The position numbers and the translations under genes were made by a program. From contig CBFGSY010000001.1 of assembly GCA_965651545.1 (NCBI GenBank), forward strand, positions 1 to 46,505: 46,505 nt of DNA, given 5' to 3'. Each line of letters starts with the position of its first letter. The stretch's first letter is position 1. Under the pieces are notes generated by a model. It did not search any database. It was not told the origin of the DNA and saw only the letters and a program-made list of their open reading frames with translations. Positions 43,480 to 46,505 of this stretch are shown here, one piece after another. Source of the DNA: an uncultured bacterium (GTDB lineage Bacteria > Chloroflexota > Limnocylindria > QHBO01).

Positions 43480-45738
43480 TTGACCGTGTTCACCGGCGTT
43501 TCGGGCTCGGGCAAGAGCTCGCTCGTCTTCGGCACGATCGCGGCGGAATCACAGAGGCTCATCAACGAGACGTACAGCGCCTTCGTCCAGGGCTTCATGC
43601 CGACGCTGGCCCGGCCGGACGTCGACTCGCTGGAGGGCCTGACGACGGCGATCATCCTCGACCAGGAGCGCATGGGCGCGAACGTCCGCTCGACGGTCGG
43701 CACGGTCACCGACGCGAATGCGCTGCTGCGCGTCGTCTTCAGCCGCGTCGCCCAGCCCCACATCGGTGGTCCCCAGGCGTACTCGTTCAACGTCCCCTCG
43801 GTCAGCGGCGCCGGTGCGATCTCCGTCGAGCGAGGCGACGGCAAGACGTTGAGCGCCAGCTTCAGCATCGCCGGCGGGATGTGCCCGCGCTGCGAGGGGA
43901 TGGGCACGGCCAAGGACATCGACGTGACCCGGCTCTACGACGGGAGCAAGTCGCTGGCCGAGGGCGCGATCACGATTCCCGGCTACGCGGCCGAGGGCTG
44001 GTACACGCGCATGTTCGGCGAGACCGGCTTCTTCGACGTGAGCAAGCCGATCCGCGATTTCAACGAGCGAGAGCTCAATGACCTGCTCTACCGGGAGCCC
44101 ACAAAGGTCAAGGTCAACGGCATCAACCTGACCTATGAGGGCCTCGTTCCGAAGATGCAGAAGTCGTTCCTGTCGAAGGATGTCGATGCGCTGCAGCCGC
44201 ACGTGCGGGCCTTCGTGGAAGGGGTCGTCACCTTCAGCCCATGCCCCGAGTGTGGCGGCACGCGGCTCAACGAGGCCGCCCGGTCGTCGAAGATCGGCGG
44301 GGTCAGCATCGCGGACGCCTGCGCGATGCAGATCAGCGACCTCGCAGGCTGGGTTCACGGGCTCGATGAGCCGAAGGTGGGGCCCCTTCTCGGCGCGCTC
44401 GGCGACAGCCTTGATGCCTTCGTCGAGATGGGACTCGGCTACCTCAGCCTCGATCGGGCGTCCGGAACGCTCTCCGGCGGCGAGGCACAGCGGACACGCA
44501 TGGTCCGCCACGTCGGGTCGCCGTTGACGGACGTCACGTACGTGTTCGACGAGCCGACCATCGGCCTCCACGCCCACGACGTCGAGCGGATGAATACCCT
44601 CCTCCGCCGTCTCCGCGACAAGGGCAACACGGTGCTCGTCGTGGAGCACGATCCCGAGGTCATCCGCATCGCCGATCACGTCGTCGACATGGGTCCCGGC
44701 GCCGGGCCGCACGGCGGCGCGGTCGTGTACGAGGGGGCCGTCGACGGCCTCATCGCGACCGCGACGGCAACAGGCCGCCACCTGGACCTGCGCCAGGAGC
44801 TCAATCCCGCACCGCGCGAACCGCGCGGATCCATCCCGATCCGCGATGCACGCCTCCACAACCTGCAGGACGTCTCGGTCGACGTGCCGCTCGGCGTGCT
44901 CGTCGCCGTGACGGGCGTGGCCGGATCCGGCAAGAGCTCGCTCATCCACGGTTGCCTTCCCCGGACCGATCCATCGGTGACCGTCATCGACCAGTCGGCG
45001 ATCCGGGGCTCCCGGCGCTCGAGCCCGGCCACGTACACCGGCATGCTCGACCCGATCCGGACGGCCTTCGCGAAGGCGAATGGGGTCAAGCCCGCGCTCT
45101 TCAGCGCGAACTCGGCGGGTGCGTGCCCGGCATGCAACGGCCTCGGCAAGATCTACACGAGCCTCGGATTCATGGCAGACGTCGTCAGCGTGTGCGAGGT
45201 CTGCGAGGGCCGCCGCTTCACCGACGAGGTCCTCGACTACCGGCTCCGCGACCGCAACATCGTCGAGGTCCTGGCGATGTCGGTTGAGGAGGCACGCGAT
45301 TTCTTCACTGAGAAGCAGGTCAAGGTCATGCTCGATCGGCTGGCCGATGTCGGACTCGGCTACATCTCCCTCGGCCAGGAGCTGGACACGCTCTCGGGCG
45401 GGGAGCGCCAGCGGTTGAAGCTCGCGATCGAGATGTCCACCGACACCGAGGTCTACGTCCTCGACGAGCCGACGACAGGCCTGCACATGCAGGACGTCGA
45501 CAACCTCATCGGCCTGCTCGAACGGCTCGTCGAGTCGGACCGAACGGTGATCGTCATCGAGCACAACCTGGACGTCATCGCCCGAGCCGACTGGGTGATC
45601 GACCTCGGCCCGGGGGCCGGCCACGACGGCGGGACGGTGATCTTCGAGGGCCCGCCGGCCAAGCTGATCGAAGCCGAAGGATCGTTGACAGGGCAGCATC
45701 TCCGAAAGCGGCTGGAGCCCATCGCCGCGGGGGCCTAG
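43480..45738 (+). CDS. UvrA paralog (class II type, double ABC ATPase lacking the UvrB-binding domain)
   Basis: GVSGSGKSSL and GVAGSGKSSL Walker A motifs, LSGGEAQR and LSGGERQR signatures, zinc modules CPRC, CPEC and CPACNG..CEVCEG. Only about 55 residues lie between RVVFSRV and CPRC, where canonical UvrA carries the UvrB-binding domain. Coordinates are given from the first canonical start (TTG), but conserved N-terminal codons extend upstream to 43372 (see findings). Confidence 0.85.
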   Translation: MTVFTGVSGSGKSSLVFGTIAAESQRLINETYSAFVQGFMPTLARPDVDSLEGLTTAIILDQERMGANVRSTVGTVTDANALLRVVFSRVAQPHIGGPQAYSFNVPSVSGAGAISVERGDGKTLSASFSIAGGMCPRCEGMGTAKDIDVTRLYDGSKSLAEGAITIPGYAAEGWYTRMFGETGFFDVSKPIRDFNERELNDLLYREPTKVKVNGINLTYEGLVPKMQKSFLSKDVDALQPHVRAFVEGVVTFSPCPECGGTRLNEAARSSKIGGVSIADACAMQISDLAGWVHGLDEPKVGPLLGALGDSLDAFVEMGLGYLSLDRASGTLSGGEAQRTRMVRHVGSPLTDVTYVFDEPTIGLHAHDVERMNTLLRRLRDKGNTVLVVEHDPEVIRIADHVVDMGPGAGPHGGAVVYEGAVDGLIATATATGRHLDLRQELNPAPREPRGSIPIRDARLHNLQDVSVDVPLGVLVAVTGVAGSGKSSLIHGCLPRTDPSVTVIDQSAIRGSRRSSPATYTGMLDPIRTAFAKANGVKPALFSANSAGACPACNGLGKIYTSLGFMADVVSVCEVCEGRRFTDEVLDYRLRDRNIVEVLAMSVEEARDFFTEKQVKVMLDRLADVGLGYISLGQELDTLSGGERQRLKLAIEMSTDTEVYVLDEPTTGLHMQDVDNLIGLLERLVESDRTVIVIEHNLDVIARADWVIDLGPGAGHDGGTVIFEGPPAKLIEAEGSLTGQHLRKRLEPIAAGA

Positions 45739-45799
45739 CCTTCATTGCGGCCGAGGATCCCCTCCCGGCAGGGGGCAGCGAGCCCGAACATCCGGACTC

Positions 45800-45805
45800 T
45801 ACACT
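45800..45805 (+). promoter_or_regulatory. -10 hexamer TACACT 6 nt upstream of ATG 45812 (leaderless architecture)
   Basis: TACACT-cgggac-ATG. Confidence 0.4.
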
Positions 45806-45811
45806 CGGGAC

Positions 45812-46252
45812 ATGACACTTCTGCGGATGGACAACGTCCTCATCGTTGTCGACGACCTCGCCGCTGCGATCACCTTCTTCAAGGAGATTGGCCTTGAGCT
45901 CCAGGGCGAGACGACCGTCGAGGGCGAGTGGGTGGACCGCATCATCGGGCTCGAGGGCTCCCGAAGCGACATCGCAATCATGCGGACGCCAGACGGCCAC
46001 GGCGGGATCGAGCTGGACAAGTTCCACACGCCAACGGCGGTCCAGGGTGTCCCGGAGGACGCACCGGTTAACACGCTGGGTATCCGTCGCATCATGTTCG
46101 CCGTCACGGATCTCGACAAGGTCCTCGCCCGCCTGCGAAACCACGGCGCCGAGCTGGTTGGCGAGGTGGCGCAGTACGAGGACAGCTATCGACTCTGTTA
46201 CGTCCGCGGCCCTGAGGGCATCATCGTCGCCCTGGCGCAACCACTCGGCTGA
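45812..46252 (+). CDS. VOC family (glyoxalase-fold) protein
   Basis: MDNVLIVVDDLAAAITFFKEIGLEL...IRRIMFAVTDLDKVLARLRNHGAELVGEV...YVRGPEGIIVAL, a paired beta-alpha-beta-beta-beta module pattern. Confidence 0.85.
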   Translation: MTLLRMDNVLIVVDDLAAAITFFKEIGLELQGETTVEGEWVDRIIGLEGSRSDIAIMRTPDGHGGIELDKFHTPTAVQGVPEDAPVNTLGIRRIMFAVTDLDKVLARLRNHGAELVGEVAQYEDSYRLCYVRGPEGIIVALAQPLG

Positions 46253-46344
46253 CTCTCTCGGCGAGCTCGACGAACCGCACACCGAATGTGGCAGGCGAGA
46301 TGTTGCGATTGACGTGAAAGAGGTTGTCGTTACGACGCTGGAGT

Positions 46345-46419
46345 TGGCTCCGGCGGCAGGATTCGAACCTGCGACCAAGCGGTTAACAGCCGCCCGCTCT
46401 ACCACTGAGCTACGCCGGA
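46345..46419 (-). tRNA. tRNA-Asn (anticodon GTT), CCA encoded
   Basis: Minus strand TCCGGCGTAGCTCAGTGGTAGAGCGGGCGGCTGTTAACCGCTTGGTCGCAGGTTCGAATCCTGCCGCCGGAGCCA. Clean cloverleaf with anticodon loop CTGTTAA. The U1-A72 pair and G73 match E. coli tRNA-Asn. Confidence 0.92.
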
Positions 46420-46505
46420 ACGCGCGTCGATCCATCGGCTCAGGACCGATGGGACGGCCCGGATGATAGCCCTGCCCCGCTCATCGGGTCAAAGATGACG
46501 AGCGC

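Noticed and set aside
34518-46419. tRNA-bounded genomic island hypothesis (tRNA-CAT to tRNA-Asn).
   Set aside because: I saw no integrase, recombinase or transposase gene and no direct repeat of a tRNA 3' end. The segment also begins with chromosomal parAB. Only the 38.4-46.3 kb part looks accessory, and I have no evidence of mobility.
45575-46435. A 286-aa minus-strand ORF.
   Set aside because: It is antisense to the VOC gene at 45812..46252 and runs through the tRNA-Asn gene. Shadow ORF.
1-46505. CRISPR arrays, rRNA genes, IS elements, toxin-antitoxin pairs and parS sites (TGTTNCACGTGAAACA-like).
   Set aside because: I scanned for regularly spaced repeats, rRNA-like conserved blocks, transposase-like ORFs and parS-like palindromes. 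I found none that I could support by eye.

Overview
High-GC (roughly 68-70%) bacterial chromosomal segment, densely coding, mostly housekeeping. Most long ORFs in the six-frame track are antisense or out-of-frame shadow ORFs typical of high GC. I called genes from recognisable protein motifs, GC3 bias, Shine-Dalgarno or -10 context, and chains of 4-nt start/stop overlaps. Note that M in the track is sometimes a GTG or TTG start.

Layout:
- 1-2.0 kb (minus): N-terminal fragment of a class III cyclase-domain protein and a family-5 ABC solute-binding lipoprotein.
- 2.07-16.8 kb (minus): a complete division/cell-wall (dcw) cluster, mraZ-rsmH-orf69-ftsL-ftsI-murF-mraY-murD-ftsW-murG-murB-ddl-ftsQ-sbp-ftsA. 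It has a clear promoter and four 10-nt-phased MraZ-type boxes. murE, murC and ftsZ are absent from the cluster.
- 17-20 kb: a Cys-rich/TM/vWA membrane protein, a small Cys protein, a long inverted repeat, a compact RNase P RNA (rnpB, not in the ORF track) and a lipoprotein.
- 20-27.7 kb: TCA genes, sdhC-sdhA-sdhB coupled to a PPOX-like protein and RNase H, then icd and sucCD.
- 27.8-34.5 kb: a lipoprotein and the propionyl-CoA to succinyl-CoA genes (pccB, biotin carboxylase, BCCP, mutase catalytic subunit, epimerase, GNAT).
- 34.5 kb: tRNA(CAT), followed by parA-parB.
- 36.5-46.3 kb: accessory-looking region with DinB-like and hypothetical genes, a TetR plus rifampin-phosphotransferase-like PEP-utilising enzyme, SRPBCC, AraC, two VOC/glyoxalase proteins, DUF1801 and a UvrA paralog lacking the UvrB-binding domain. 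It ends at tRNA-Asn.

I found no rRNA, CRISPR array, transposase, integrase or prophage genes.

Most notable observations:
- The UvrA-paralog N-terminus has no canonical start and lies in frame with the upstream DUF1801 ORF.
- The detox/genotoxin-defence-like neighbourhood at 38.4-46.3 kb.
- An unannotated 69-aa ORF inside the dcw cluster.
- The Cys-rich vWA protein just upstream of the mraZ promoter.
- A 165-nt long-stem structure next to rnpB.
- A recurrent TANNNT-6/7 nt-start (leaderless) architecture.

Taxon cannot be fixed from sequence alone; the features would fit Chloroflexota/Thermomicrobia-like or deep Actinomycetota lineages.
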